Part shown: positions 32,272 through 41,968 of the stretch, piece by piece
How the letters are laid out: each line of letters opens with the position of its first letter
How positions within the stretch are numbered: position 1 is the first letter of the stretch
Origin: Candidatus Omnitrophota bacterium
GTDB lineage: Bacteria > Omnitrophota > Omnitrophia > Omnitrophales > Aquincolibacteriaceae
NCBI GenBank assembly: GCA_003140935.1
Contig: PLLJ01000052.1
Span: 12,642 to 76,641, forward strand
Length of the DNA stretch: 64,000 bases
Direction: 5' to 3'
Program-made: the position numbers and the translations under genes
The notes under the pieces: generated by a model
Database searches by the model: none
Seen by the model: only the letters and a program-made list of their open reading frames with translations
Told to the model about the DNA's origin: nothing

Positions 32272-32439
32272 GGAATGAACAAAATCCCACCTATCTAATA
32301 CTTGCTGCGAGCCGGGCCGCTTAATTTATTGCCGACAAGTACGAGTTGCTGAAACACAAGCCGGAGGCGTTCATCGAGGTGCCGGGCGAAAAATTTTGTT
32401 GTAGCACGAAAGATCGGGAGTATAATCCGTTTATTGTTC

Positions 32440-32693
32440 TTTGAAGAAACCATGATGACAGGCATTTGGGAAGAGAGACCTGCGGTATTTCGCGCAGGGG
32501 CTCCACGGTGCCGCCGCTGTCGGTAAGGACGAAAGCGAATGGCCACTGCCTCAGAGTTGGGGCGGGAAGGCTCGCGAGTAGGCTTGTACTTACCTAGTCA
32601 GAATATCAAACCTGTCATTCTCAACCAATGCCTCCGAGCAGAGGTCAAGACAGGTCACCCTTTCTTGCCCCTTTGAGGCGGAAAGGGTTTTTT
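32440..32693 (+). ncRNA. Cobalamin (B12) riboswitch with terminator-type expression platform
   Basis: B12-box GCCACTG (about 32542-32548). Downstream GGGAAGGC and upstream GGGAAG/GGTGCC elements. Intrinsic terminator CCCTTTC...GAAAGGG+T7 at 32657-32693, immediately before btuB. A candidate promoter -10 TATAAT sits at 32421-32426. Boundaries are approximate. Confidence 0.7.
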
Positions 32694-32694
32694 T

Positions 32695-34983
32695 GTGTCC
32701 ACGAATCAAAAGATCCGGGGCGAGCAACTCCGGAAGATCAGTTGTCTGTTCCTCGTAGTTTGTCTTCTGAACATCGGATGGAGTTGGCCGTTCTCTAAAA
32801 GCCGCGCAACGGACAACGCTCAAAGTACAACGAAAGAAGAACAATCTCAACCGATTGTGACGACAACGCCCACCGATTCCAAGGCGGAAGTGAAAGGCCC
32901 TCCCAGACAGGAAGCGGCCGAGGTAACCGTGATTGCCTCCCGACTTCCAAGCGCCAAAGAAAACATCAACGATATGGCGTCGAACATTACGTACAAAAGC
33001 AAGCAAGACCTTGCTGAAACGCAACCCGCGACGTTCCAGGAAGCGGTAAAGGACACGGAAAGCGCCGTCTTTTTTGATGAGGTCGGTAACGGCGTCGATT
33101 CTACATTTTCTCTTCGCGGGTTCAATGATCCAAGTGCTGTCATTTTTCTCGTGGATGGCGTGCGCGTGAACGACATCGATAACAATATCGCCAAACTGCC
33201 TTTGATCCCCATGCGGGACGTCGATTCGATCCAGATCGAACGCGGTTCGACCTCCTCGGTCTACGGGAGTGGGGCCTTTGGCGGGGTGGTCAATGTGACG
33301 ACGGGTCAGCCCAGCCCAAAACCCGTGAGCCTTTTTGGGGGACTGGAATGGACCAGTTTTCACGGGTTGCGGTTCAACCAGGGGATCAGCGGGACGCTGA
33401 AAGACAAACTGACTCCCCTCGGCGGCAAACTCAGTTACTACTTTAACGGCGAGCGCGATGACACAAACGGCTTCCGGAACCACGATGCCATGCGGCTCAC
33501 CTCGTTTGATATCAAGACGGCCTATGAACTGCCGGATAATCAAGGCCGGTTTTATTTCGGCCTGAAACACATCGTCGACGCGATCAATCTCCCGGGGGAA
33601 ATCACGCACCAGCAGTTCGATGACAGCGACCTCACGCGCTGTAACAAACCCAAAGACGGGTGGAAGTTTAACAATACCGTGCTCCAGCTCGGCGCGGACA
33701 AAAAATTTTGGGACGACCGGCTGACGGCCTCGGTCATGGCGAGCGAACGCTGGAATCACCGAAAAGCCATCACGACATATTCCACGTTCACGGACTTTGT
33801 TCACGGATTCGATCCTTATACCGATTCGATCGATGCCAACGGCCGTGACCGGGATTTGACGTGGCAGGTCAAGTACAACGATTCATGGTGGAAATTGGCG
33901 AATGAATCGCTGCTGGGGATGGAACTTAGAAGAAGCAACCAGGTGTCGCTTGAGCGCTATGCCCCAGGCGGCGAAATCCGCGAAGATCTCCCGGCCGAGG
34001 GAGACAAGAGCGCCTTATATAGTAACCTGGGGCTTTTTTGGCGTGAGACTGTGAAGATCTGCGATAAGGTCATTCCTTATTTCGGAATGCGGCATGATTT
34101 CCATTGGTTGAATACTAACGACATGCTGACTCCCACCAACAATATCAGCCAACGCTGGGATAAATCGACGCTCTCAACCGGGGTCACGGTGAAACCTTTC
34201 AAGTGGGTCGATCTTTTCGGGAATTATTCTCAAGGGTTCCGGGTGCCGACCCTCGATGAAACGATCCCTTACGCGGGCGCGAACCAGGTCAATTTGCAGC
34301 CGGAGAGTTCCAATAGCTATGAGGTCGGGACGCGGCTGCGGTACAAGGACTTTGCGGCTTACAAACTTAGTTATTTCCTGATCGATGTGGATGACGAGAT
34401 CCAGTGGGATAATTTGAAAAACCAGTATTTTAATATCGCTCAGACACGGCGGTATGGCCTTGAGCAGCGCGTGGATGTGACACCGATCCAGGAAGTGAAG
34501 CTCTACGGCAGTTATACCTGGACGACCGCTTATGTTAAAAGCAATGGAGGCACGAGCAGTCTTGCCGAGGGCCGCGCCTTGGGGCAGATCCCGGCCAACC
34601 GGTTCACGCTCGGAACCATGGTGCATCCGCTGAAGCGGCTCGGAGAACCTTATGACGGCTTGAGATTCGGGCTGAACGGAACGTTCACCGGCCAACAACA
34701 TCCTTCCAATTATGAAAGCTCCAGTCAGGCCGTTTTGAATTCCACCGGCAAAGCGGGACATTGGATCCCGGCTTATACTGTCTGGGATTTTATTGTTGCT
34801 TATGCCTGGCGGCAAAAAGAGATTTACTTTAAAGTTAATAATCTTTTGAATGAACAGTATTACTCGCGTGCGTTCAGCGGGACGTCTTTCGGCACCAGCA
34901 TTTATTCCGCAGGGAATTACACCTGGGTGAATCCCGGGGCTCCGCGCGAATTTTTGATCGGCTGCAAATGGGAGTTCTCATGA
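32695..34983 (+). CDS. btuB: TonB-dependent outer-membrane receptor (BtuB-like)
   Basis: Plug domain plus 22-strand barrel. C-terminal ...F end. First gene after the B12 riboswitch. The GTG start is the only in-frame start before the signal peptide. Confidence 0.8.
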   Translation: MSTNQKIRGEQLRKISCLFLVVCLLNIGWSWPFSKSRATDNAQSTTKEEQSQPIVTTTPTDSKAEVKGPPRQEAAEVTVIASRLPSAKENINDMASNITYKSKQDLAETQPATFQEAVKDTESAVFFDEVGNGVDSTFSLRGFNDPSAVIFLVDGVRVNDIDNNIAKLPLIPMRDVDSIQIERGSTSSVYGSGAFGGVVNVTTGQPSPKPVSLFGGLEWTSFHGLRFNQGISGTLKDKLTPLGGKLSYYFNGERDDTNGFRNHDAMRLTSFDIKTAYELPDNQGRFYFGLKHIVDAINLPGEITHQQFDDSDLTRCNKPKDGWKFNNTVLQLGADKKFWDDRLTASVMASERWNHRKAITTYSTFTDFVHGFDPYTDSIDANGRDRDLTWQVKYNDSWWKLANESLLGMELRRSNQVSLERYAPGGEIREDLPAEGDKSALYSNLGLFWRETVKICDKVIPYFGMRHDFHWLNTNDMLTPTNNISQRWDKSTLSTGVTVKPFKWVDLFGNYSQGFRVPTLDETIPYAGANQVNLQPESSNSYEVGTRLRYKDFAAYKLSYFLIDVDDEIQWDNLKNQYFNIAQTRRYGLEQRVDVTPIQEVKLYGSYTWTTAYVKSNGGTSSLAEGRALGQIPANRFTLGTMVHPLKRLGEPYDGLRFGLNGTFTGQQHPSNYESSSQAVLNSTGKAGHWIPAYTVWDFIVAYAWRQKEIYFKVNNLLNEQYYSRAFSGTSFGTSIYSAGNYTWVNPGAPREFLIGCKWEFS

Positions 34984-35405
34984 ATAAGCGAAAGGCGATT
35001 CTTCTTATAGCGGTCTTTGGCACGGGTCTGTTCTTCGGTGCTTTGCCTTTCCTCGGGCCGCTGATTCCGGGAAAATTTCCGGTCACGGTCAAGGTGGATT
35101 TCGGCATCGCGGGGAAACCGGCCATGACACAGACCCTGCAGGTGGACCGGAAGACCACGCCCAAAGAGGCCGTCTCTATGATGCTGCCGGTGATGTCGGG
35201 AAAGGTCTGTTCCAGCATGCACGATCTTTTGGAGATCAACGGTGTCCGTCCGGACGCGGCCAAGAACTTTTGGTGGATTCTCACAGTCAACGGTTCGCGG
35301 CATGTATCGCCCTACAGGACGCATCTGAAGCGTGGCGATCTTGTCGCATGGCGGTATCTTAAAGAGATCGAAGGAGAAAAATCCGGAAAGGAGAGGAAAC
35401 CATGA
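34980..35405 (+). CDS. DUF4430-like (transcobalamin/intrinsic-factor beta-domain-like) secreted protein
   Basis: Signal peptide. C-terminal WWILTVNGSRHVSPYRTHLKRGDLVAWRY motif. ATGA overlap with btuB. Confidence 0.55.
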   Translation: MNKRKAILLIAVFGTGLFFGALPFLGPLIPGKFPVTVKVDFGIAGKPAMTQTLQVDRKTTPKEAVSMMLPVMSGKVCSSMHDLLEINGVRPDAAKNFWWILTVNGSRHVSPYRTHLKRGDLVAWRYLKEIEGEKSGKERKP

Positions 35406-35908
35406 AAAAAATTCTGGGGATCGTGACTCTCATCTTTTGCTTTAGCTCTTCGAGTCTTTATGCCCAGGAGATCGCGGGTCAGGGATGGACCACCTCTGAG
35501 TCGGGGCAACGCTCTTCGAGTATGGGCTCTCTGGTGGTGACAGGGGATGTTCGCGACTCTGCCGGCCCCTCTTTGAAGAATTTTGTTCCTGCACCCATTC
35601 CGAATGAAAAGGTGGAGGATCGAATGACGCCTTTTCCCGTTTTAATGCCGAAGGCCATTACTTATCCACGGAAAGCGATCCGCAAGGGATGGGAAGGGCA
35701 AACCGTGGTCGCTGCGGAGATCCTTCCGGGCGGAACCGTGGGACGAATGGCATTGGCAAAATCCTCCGGTCATGAGGTATTAGACCAAGCCGCCCAGGAG
35801 GCCATCAAGACCTGGAAATTTTCAGCGGAGTCCGGGAAGACTGAAGCTCTGCCGCAGTACGTGGATATTCCTGTCATGTTCAAACTTAATGACCATGGGG
35901 ATGAATAA
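35402..35908 (+). CDS. TonB C-terminal domain protein
   Basis: YPRKAIRKGWEGQTVVAAEILPGGTV...EAIKTWKF matches the TonB_C fold. N-terminal hydrophobic anchor. Confidence 0.6.
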   Translation: MKKILGIVTLIFCFSSSSLYAQEIAGQGWTTSESGQRSSSMGSLVVTGDVRDSAGPSLKNFVPAPIPNEKVEDRMTPFPVLMPKAITYPRKAIRKGWEGQTVVAAEILPGGTVGRMALAKSSGHEVLDQAAQEAIKTWKFSAESGKTEALPQYVDIPVMFKLNDHGDE

Positions 35909-37424
35909 GGTGAAAGCTAAAGCGGTGATGGTGCTGGGAACGGGATCGGGAGTCGGTAAGTCGGTGATCGCGGCCGGTTTTTGCCGGATCCTTTCGGATT
36001 GGGGGTATCGTGTGGCCCCGTTCAAGGCGCAGAACATGTCCAACAATTCGTATGTCACCGAAGAAGGCGGCGAAATGGGGCGCGCGCAAGTGGTTCAGGC
36101 GGAATGCGCGCGCGTCCGGCCGCATGTGGATATGAATCCGGTCTTGCTGAAACCCGCGGCGGATAATCATTCGCAAGTGGTCGTGCAAGGGCACGCCATC
36201 GGACATCTTTCGGCCGTGAATTATTATGCCCAGCGCGAAGTGATCGCCCGGGCGGTTCGCGAATCGTACGAACGGTTGGCCTCGGAATATGAAGTGATCG
36301 TTCTCGAGGGTGCGGGTAGCCCCGCCGAGGTGAATCTTAAAAAAAACGATCTTGTGAACATGCAGATGGCGGAATGGGCGGATGCTTCATGTGTGCTTGT
36401 GGGGGACATCGACAAGGGCGGGATCTTCGCGTCGCTTTTGGGCACATTGGATCTTCTGACCCTGGAGGAACGCGGCCGCATCCGGGGGTTGATCGTCAAT
36501 AAATTCCGCGGGGATCTGACGCTCTTCAAGGACGGAGTGGATTTCATCGAAAAGAAAAGCGGCAAAAAGATTTGGGGCGTTTTGCCTTATACCCACCATA
36601 TCAAACTCGATGAAGAGGATGCCTTGCCGGAGAAGAACGCTCATGCGCCGTCCGTTTCCGCGAACGATCTTGATATCGCGGTGATCTTGCTACCCCGGAT
36701 GTCGAATTTCACAGACTTCGAAGTCTTAAGGGCAGAACCCGGCATCCGGCTCCGCTACGTGGAGAGCGCCGCGAAGCTTGGGGTTCCGGACCTTGTCATA
36801 CTCCCCGGAACCAAAGCGACCATGGCGGATTGCCGTTACCTGATCGAATCGGGTTTCAGGGAGAAGCTCCGGGCGTATGTGGATCGCGGCGGGTCTGTCT
36901 TGGGGATCTGTGGCGGTTATCAAATGATGGGGGAAAAACTACTGGATCCGGAGCATGTGGAATCCGGAGCCCCGGAAATGGAGGGATTTGGTTTTTTAAA
37001 TATGACGACACGGTTTGGAGAGCAAAAGGTCCTGCGGCGCGTTTCCACTTATTTGGACGTGCAATGGCTGGGGCAGGCGATCCGTGGAAAAGTGGAAGCT
37101 TATGAAATCCATATGGGCAGCAGCATCCTTGACGGAGTGGACGAGGCCGGTGTCATGAGTCCTCTTTATTGTCACGAAAATTTGGCCGGGACGTATTATC
37201 ACGGTCTTTTTGAAAGCGCGGAATTCCGAGAGTCCTTTTTAAACGCCTTGGCCGCGCACGCCGGTAAACAAAGGAGCGTCGATCGGAATGCCGTATCGGC
37301 ATGGACAAGAAAAGAGGAGCATTACCGGCTTTGGGCGGATCATTTGGCCCGGAACCTGGATCTGGAGCTGCTTCGATCATGTCTGGACCTGTCCTTGTCT
37401 CCCGATTCATTTTCTAAACGGTGA
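35889..37424 (+). CDS. cobQ: Cobyric acid synthase (CobQ/CbiP)
   Basis: N-terminal CobQ/CobB ATPase domain (VLGTGSGVGKS). C-terminal GATase1 with GICGGYQMMG. Confidence 0.85.
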   Translation: MTMGMNKVKAKAVMVLGTGSGVGKSVIAAGFCRILSDWGYRVAPFKAQNMSNNSYVTEEGGEMGRAQVVQAECARVRPHVDMNPVLLKPAADNHSQVVVQGHAIGHLSAVNYYAQREVIARAVRESYERLASEYEVIVLEGAGSPAEVNLKKNDLVNMQMAEWADASCVLVGDIDKGGIFASLLGTLDLLTLEERGRIRGLIVNKFRGDLTLFKDGVDFIEKKSGKKIWGVLPYTHHIKLDEEDALPEKNAHAPSVSANDLDIAVILLPRMSNFTDFEVLRAEPGIRLRYVESAAKLGVPDLVILPGTKATMADCRYLIESGFREKLRAYVDRGGSVLGICGGYQMMGEKLLDPEHVESGAPEMEGFGFLNMTTRFGEQKVLRRVSTYLDVQWLGQAIRGKVEAYEIHMGSSILDGVDEAGVMSPLYCHENLAGTYYHGLFESAEFRESFLNALAAHAGKQRSVDRNAVSAWTRKEEHYRLWADHLARNLDLELLRSCLDLSLSPDSFSKR

Positions 37425-37497
37425 CAAGGGCTGGCCCAATTAACCTTTAAATTTTTGAAAGAGAATTGGACCTACCCGAAAGGAAAGGGGTCTGCCT

Positions 37498-38172
37498 ATG
37501 AAGGTTTTTGTTTCGTGGAGTGGAGGCAAGGATTGCATGCTTGCCTGTTACCGGATCATGCGACAACCGGAAATAGAAGTCGCGTTCTTATTGAACATGC
37601 TGACGGAAACAGGAGAATGTTCGCTTTCGCATTGCCTTCCTGCAGATCTGCTTCAGGATCAGGCCAAAGCGCTGGGTATCCCCATCCTTCAGCGCAGCGC
37701 GTCCCGGAAAGAATATGAAGGGGAATTTAAAAAAGCGATCGTTTATCTGAAGCAGTTAGGCATCAAAGCGGGCGTTTTTGGGGATATTGATCTTCAGCCG
37801 CATCGCGATTGGATCGAACGGGTCTGCCGGGAGATGGAAATAACCCCCTTGTTTCCTCTCTGGGACGAAAAACGGGAAAGCATGCTCGAGGAATTCATCG
37901 CGGCGGGGTTTAAAAGCCGGATCGTTGTGACGGATGCGACAGTTCTTGGTGAAGAATGGCTTGGCTGTGAGATCGACAAGGATTTTATTAAAAAAATGAA
38001 GGCCCTGCCGCATATCGATGCCTGCGGTGAAAAAGGAGAATTTCATACATTCGTTTACGACGGGCCCGGATTCAAGAGCCCCGTCGCATTTCATGGGCAA
38101 GAGCATCGCCTGATCGAAAAGCATTGGGTTTTGAACCTTAGCGCTGGCATCGGACAAGAGGCTCAAAAATGA
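37498..38172 (+). CDS. PP-loop ATP pyrophosphatase of the Dph6/MJ0570 (diphthine-ammonia-ligase-like) family
   Basis: SWSGGKDC PP-loop at the N-terminus. 224 aa alpha/beta ATP-PPase fold. Confidence 0.55.
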   Translation: MKVFVSWSGGKDCMLACYRIMRQPEIEVAFLLNMLTETGECSLSHCLPADLLQDQAKALGIPILQRSASRKEYEGEFKKAIVYLKQLGIKAGVFGDIDLQPHRDWIERVCREMEITPLFPLWDEKRESMLEEFIAAGFKSRIVVTDATVLGEEWLGCEIDKDFIKKMKALPHIDACGEKGEFHTFVYDGPGFKSPVAFHGQEHRLIEKHWVLNLSAGIGQEAQK

Positions 38173-39020
38173 AGCGCGGGTTCGGCCTGCTTGTATGTGT
38201 CTGGAGTTTGTTAATTTCAACTCCAGGATTTTCGGCAGAAGCTTTGCCGCAGCGCATCGTGTCGCTGAGCCCTGTGGCCACCGAAGAGCTTTTTCTTTTG
38301 GATCGCGGAGACCTTCTGGTGGGACGGACACGTTTTTGCACGAAACCGCCGGAAGCGCTTAAAAAAGAAGAGGTCGGGAATGTCCTTGAGGTCAGCGTGG
38401 AGAAGATCCTGGTGCTCCGTCCGGACCTGGTGCTTGTGGGCTCCATGACGGACCCGAAGGCCAAAGACAAATTGAAACAACTCGGCATTCGCGTGGAGGA
38501 ATTTCCGGCGGCGGACGACTTCAACGGTGTCTGCGAGTCTTTTTTAAGGCTCGGGCGCATGGTCGACAGAGGGAAAGAAGCGGAAGCGATGGTGAAGACC
38601 GCGCGGGGCAAGGTGGACGCATTGCGTTCCCGGATCCCGGAGAGGAGGCGGCCGACCGTTTTCCTGCAAGTAGGCGCGGATCCTTTGGTCACGATGACCG
38701 GGGGGTCGTTCCTGAATGATCTGATCGAATTCGCCGGCGGGGTCAATGTCGCACGCGACGCCAGAAGCCGGATCTATTCGCGAGAAAAGGTCCTTGCCGA
38801 TGATCCGGACATCATTATTGTCTCCGGGATGGGGTTCGTGGGCGAAAAAGAAAATGAAAAAGAAAAAAAAGTCTGGCAGGGATACCGCGACCTGAAGGCG
38901 GCCAAGAACCATACGGTCTACGTAGTGGAGTCCGACCTTTATTGCGCCCCCACGCCGCTTTCTTTCGTGAACGCACTTCAAAATATGATCCGGTTACTTC
39001 ATCCTCATGATCCAGCCTAG
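38169..39020 (+). CDS. btuF: Periplasmic cobalamin-binding protein (BtuF-like class III SBP)
   Basis: Signal peptide and RIVSLSPVATEELFLLDRGDLLVGRT motif. In-operon with btuC and btuD. Confidence 0.7.
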   Translation: MKRGFGLLVCVWSLLISTPGFSAEALPQRIVSLSPVATEELFLLDRGDLLVGRTRFCTKPPEALKKEEVGNVLEVSVEKILVLRPDLVLVGSMTDPKAKDKLKQLGIRVEEFPAADDFNGVCESFLRLGRMVDRGKEAEAMVKTARGKVDALRSRIPERRRPTVFLQVGADPLVTMTGGSFLNDLIEFAGGVNVARDARSRIYSREKVLADDPDIIIVSGMGFVGEKENEKEKKVWQGYRDLKAAKNHTVYVVESDLYCAPTPLSFVNALQNMIRLLHPHDPA

Positions 39021-40017
39021 GGCGAAACAATGGCTTTTTTGGTTGTGGCTTCTGGGGGCACTTGCGCTCCTGGCAGCGGTCGGTGCTCTTTTGATCGGTC
39101 CTTCGGGGATCCCGCTGGGAAAGATTTTCCAGGTGCTTTGGAACCGGCAAGGAGGGATCGAGCACAGCATTGTCTGGAATATCCGTTTACCGAGGCTACT
39201 CCTGGGCTTTGCCATCGGCGGGGCCCTCAGCCTGGCGGGCGTCATCCTGCAAGGCATGTTCCGTAATCCTCTTGTGGAGCCCTACACGCTCGGGATCTCG
39301 GGCGGCGCGGCGGTCGGTGTTTCATTAAGCATTCTGCTCGGCTTGAGCCGTTTAAGTATTTTTAGCATGCCGCTCGCCGGATTTTTAGGGGCCTGCGCCA
39401 TGATCCTCTTGCTTTACCGTTTGAACGCGAAAAAAAAGGTCCTTTCGCTCCAAGGATTGCTTTTGACGGGGGTCATGATCAATTTCATCGCGTCTTCCCT
39501 GATCATGTTGTTTCTGGCTTTGTCCCGCAGTGAAGACCTGCAAGGGATCATCTTCTGGATCATGGGCTCGCTCGATGAACCAAACGGGCTTTTAATCAAA
39601 ATCGCGTTAGTCGCATCGCTCCTTTTTCTTTTCATCACTTATTTTTTCCACTCTGACCTGAACGCTCTTGCGTTGGGGGAAGAGGAAGCCTTGCATCTCG
39701 GGGTGCCCGTGGAAAGAACCAAAGGCCTGCTTTTTGTGATCACATCCCTTTTGATTGGTGTGAGCGTGGCGGTGGCGGGCATGATCGGATTCGTGGGGCT
39801 TGTGGTGCCGCATTTCATGAGAAGGATCGTGGGGCATGACCACCGGATCTTGCTGGTGGCGTCCTTTCTTGCGGGAGGAATCTTTTTGGTCTTTTGTGAT
39901 ACGATCGCGAGGACGGTGATCGCCCCGTTGGAACTTCCGGTCGGAGTGATCACCGGGATTCTAGGAGGTTCCCTTTTTGTCTGGGTGCTGACGCGCAAAG
40001 GCGGAGGGACGGTCTGA
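39007..40017 (+). CDS. btuC: FecCD-family ABC permease (BtuC-like)
   Basis: About 9-10 TM segments; FecCD pattern. Confidence 0.8.
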   Translation: MIQPRAKQWLFWLWLLGALALLAAVGALLIGPSGIPLGKIFQVLWNRQGGIEHSIVWNIRLPRLLLGFAIGGALSLAGVILQGMFRNPLVEPYTLGISGGAAVGVSLSILLGLSRLSIFSMPLAGFLGACAMILLLYRLNAKKKVLSLQGLLLTGVMINFIASSLIMLFLALSRSEDLQGIIFWIMGSLDEPNGLLIKIALVASLLFLFITYFFHSDLNALALGEEEALHLGVPVERTKGLLFVITSLLIGVSVAVAGMIGFVGLVVPHFMRRIVGHDHRILLVASFLAGGIFLVFCDTIARTVIAPLELPVGVITGILGGSLFVWVLTRKGGGTV

Positions 40018-40814
40018 TGTTCTCCGTGAAAGGGGTGGTTTGCGGCTATGGCCCGAAAGTCGTGCTGGACGGGATCGATCTTTCAGTGGCGCAGGGGGAA
40101 TTCCTTGGCGTGATCGGTCCGAACGGCTCCGGCAAAACGACGCTTTTGCGCGCCCTGACGCGCGTCCTAGCTCCCCGGCAGGGGGAGATCCTTTTGAATG
40201 GGGAAAATATTTGGCGCGTTCCTTTAAAGAATTTTGCCCGGCGCGTGGCGGTGGTGTCTCAAACCGTTCCTGCCGTCCCCATGACGGTGGAAGAGTTCGT
40301 TCTCCTTGGAAGGATCCCGCACTACCGCGACCTTCAATTCCTTGAAACGGGAAGGGACGCCGAAGTGGCCGAACGTTCGATGCGCATGACCGGTGTCAAA
40401 GAGCTCCGCGGACGGTGGATGGACCAACTCAGCGGGGGTGAAAGACAATTGGTGGCGATCGCAAGGGCCCTGGCCCAGGAACCCGAATGGCTTTTTCTGG
40501 ATGAACCGACCGCGCATTTGGATATCGCGCATCAGGTCAGGATCCTGGACCTTCTTTTGGAATTGAATCAAAGCTCCAACCTGACGCTCATCATGGTCCT
40601 GCACGATCTGAATTTGGCGGGGGAATATTGCCGGAGGCTTTTACTGATGCAGAAAGGCCGGATCCACAAAAAAGGTAGCGCGGAAGAGGTCTTGGACCGT
40701 GGGATCATCGAAGAGGTCTACGGAACGCCGGTGGCCGTAGGGAAGAATCCTCTTTCGGCACGTCCCTTCGTGCTTCCGGTTCCCGCCGGAAAACAAACCG
40801 AAAGGAAAAAATAA
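40017..40814 (+). CDS. btuD: ABC transporter ATPase (BtuD-like)
   Basis: Walker A GPNGSGKTTLL, signature LSGGERQLVAIARAL, Walker B LFLDEPT. Confidence 0.8.
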   Translation: MFSVKGVVCGYGPKVVLDGIDLSVAQGEFLGVIGPNGSGKTTLLRALTRVLAPRQGEILLNGENIWRVPLKNFARRVAVVSQTVPAVPMTVEEFVLLGRIPHYRDLQFLETGRDAEVAERSMRMTGVKELRGRWMDQLSGGERQLVAIARALAQEPEWLFLDEPTAHLDIAHQVRILDLLLELNQSSNLTLIMVLHDLNLAGEYCRRLLLMQKGRIHKKGSAEEVLDRGIIEEVYGTPVAVGKNPLSARPFVLPVPAGKQTERKK

Positions 40815-41353
40815 TGAAAACCAAAGGTTTGGTCCAGGTTTATACGGGCAACGGCAAAGGGAAGACGACCGCCGCGCTTGGCGTGGCGCTGCGGATCTTG
40901 GGACATGGCGGGCGGGTCGGGGTGGTCCAATTTTTCAAATATCCCGTCCGAAGCAAGGCTTTGGATAAAGAGGGCGCGTTCCGCGCTTTGAAAAAATTCT
41001 CGGGCCGGTTCCGCGTTTGGAGTTTTGGCGGAGGATTTACCTGGCGGGTGGCGCGTGAGGAGAATGCCAAAGCCGTCCAGAAGGCATGGAAGAAGTGCTG
41101 TGAACTCTTGCGGGACTCGAAATATGATCTCGTCATTCTCGATGAGATCCATATCGCCCTCCGGTACCAATTCCTCAAAGTCTCCGATGTGGTCAAGGCG
41201 CTTAAGCGTAAGCGGTTCAGTCAACACGTGATCCTGACCGGCAGAGGCGCGCCTCAGGCGGTCATTCGCCTAGCGGACCTTGTCACCGAGATGAAATGTG
41301 TGAAACATCCCTTCCATCGCGGCATTCTCGCCCAACAAGGGATTGAGTTTTAA
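40814..41353 (+). CDS. cobO: Cob(I)yrinic acid a,c-diamide / cob(I)alamin adenosyltransferase (CobO/BtuR)
   Basis: VQVYTGNGKGKTTAALGVALRILGHGGRVGVVQFFK P-loop region, characteristic of CobA/CobO. Confidence 0.85.
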   Translation: MKTKGLVQVYTGNGKGKTTAALGVALRILGHGGRVGVVQFFKYPVRSKALDKEGAFRALKKFSGRFRVWSFGGGFTWRVAREENAKAVQKAWKKCCELLRDSKYDLVILDEIHIALRYQFLKVSDVVKALKRKRFSQHVILTGRGAPQAVIRLADLVTEMKCVKHPFHRGILAQQGIEF

Positions 41354-41489
41354 GAAAACCGGGTTCCCGGACTCCGCCATAGCTGTCTTTTTCCCGCTCT
41401 GATTTTGACGTCAGTTTGGTGTATAATGGAACCTTCGAGTAGTGAGCCTGGAACATTGTTAAGGCATAACCTTTAAACAGCAAAGAGGT

Positions 41490-41900
41490 ATGGCCATGAT
41501 CCAGAGCGTGAAGTTGGGAAAAGAGTTCGTGGTGGTTTCAGAGAACAAGGTCGGCGTGCTTTCCAAAGTAGCGGCGTTATTGGCAGATCGCGGGATCGAC
41601 ATCGTGGCTATTTCAGCACAGGCGGCTGGCGGTGTGGCGCTGATGAATTTTGTAACGGACGACGCACTACGCACGAGAGAGATTCTAGCCAAGAAGGGGC
41701 TTAAAGCTCAAGAGAATGCGGTGTTGTTGGTGGAGGCTGCGGACAGGCCGGGAGTTTTAATGCGGATCACCCGAAAACTCGCGGCACAAAAGATCGATGT
41801 TCTAAACATCTATGCAAGCGCGCCGGCATCTTACGGGCCGTGTACTCTCGTTATCGCGACTAATAACAACCAAAAAGCGCTCGTCACTCTGAAACGATAA
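41490..41900 (+). CDS. Tandem ACT-domain protein
   Basis: Two ACT-like modules (VVVSENKVGVLSKVAALLADRGIDI; LLVEAADRPGVLMRITRKLAAQKIDV). Confidence 0.55.
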   Translation: MAMIQSVKLGKEFVVVSENKVGVLSKVAALLADRGIDIVAISAQAAGGVALMNFVTDDALRTREILAKKGLKAQENAVLLVEAADRPGVLMRITRKLAAQKIDVLNIYASAPASYGPCTLVIATNNNQKALVTLKR

Positions 41901-41968
41901 TCCAACAACCGAATCCTCGATGATAATAGGAATAGCGTTCGGGGATTCTTTTATTTTTAAAAGGTATT

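Noticed and set aside
32590-33804. 404-aa ORF on the - strand
   Set aside because: Antisense to the TonB-dependent receptor gene and overlapping the riboswitch terminator. No domain signatures.
41395-41425. TGACGTCA palindrome upstream of the ACT-domain gene
   Set aside because: An 8-bp palindrome is expected by chance at this length. It is noted only as a possible -35 or operator element, not called as a feature.
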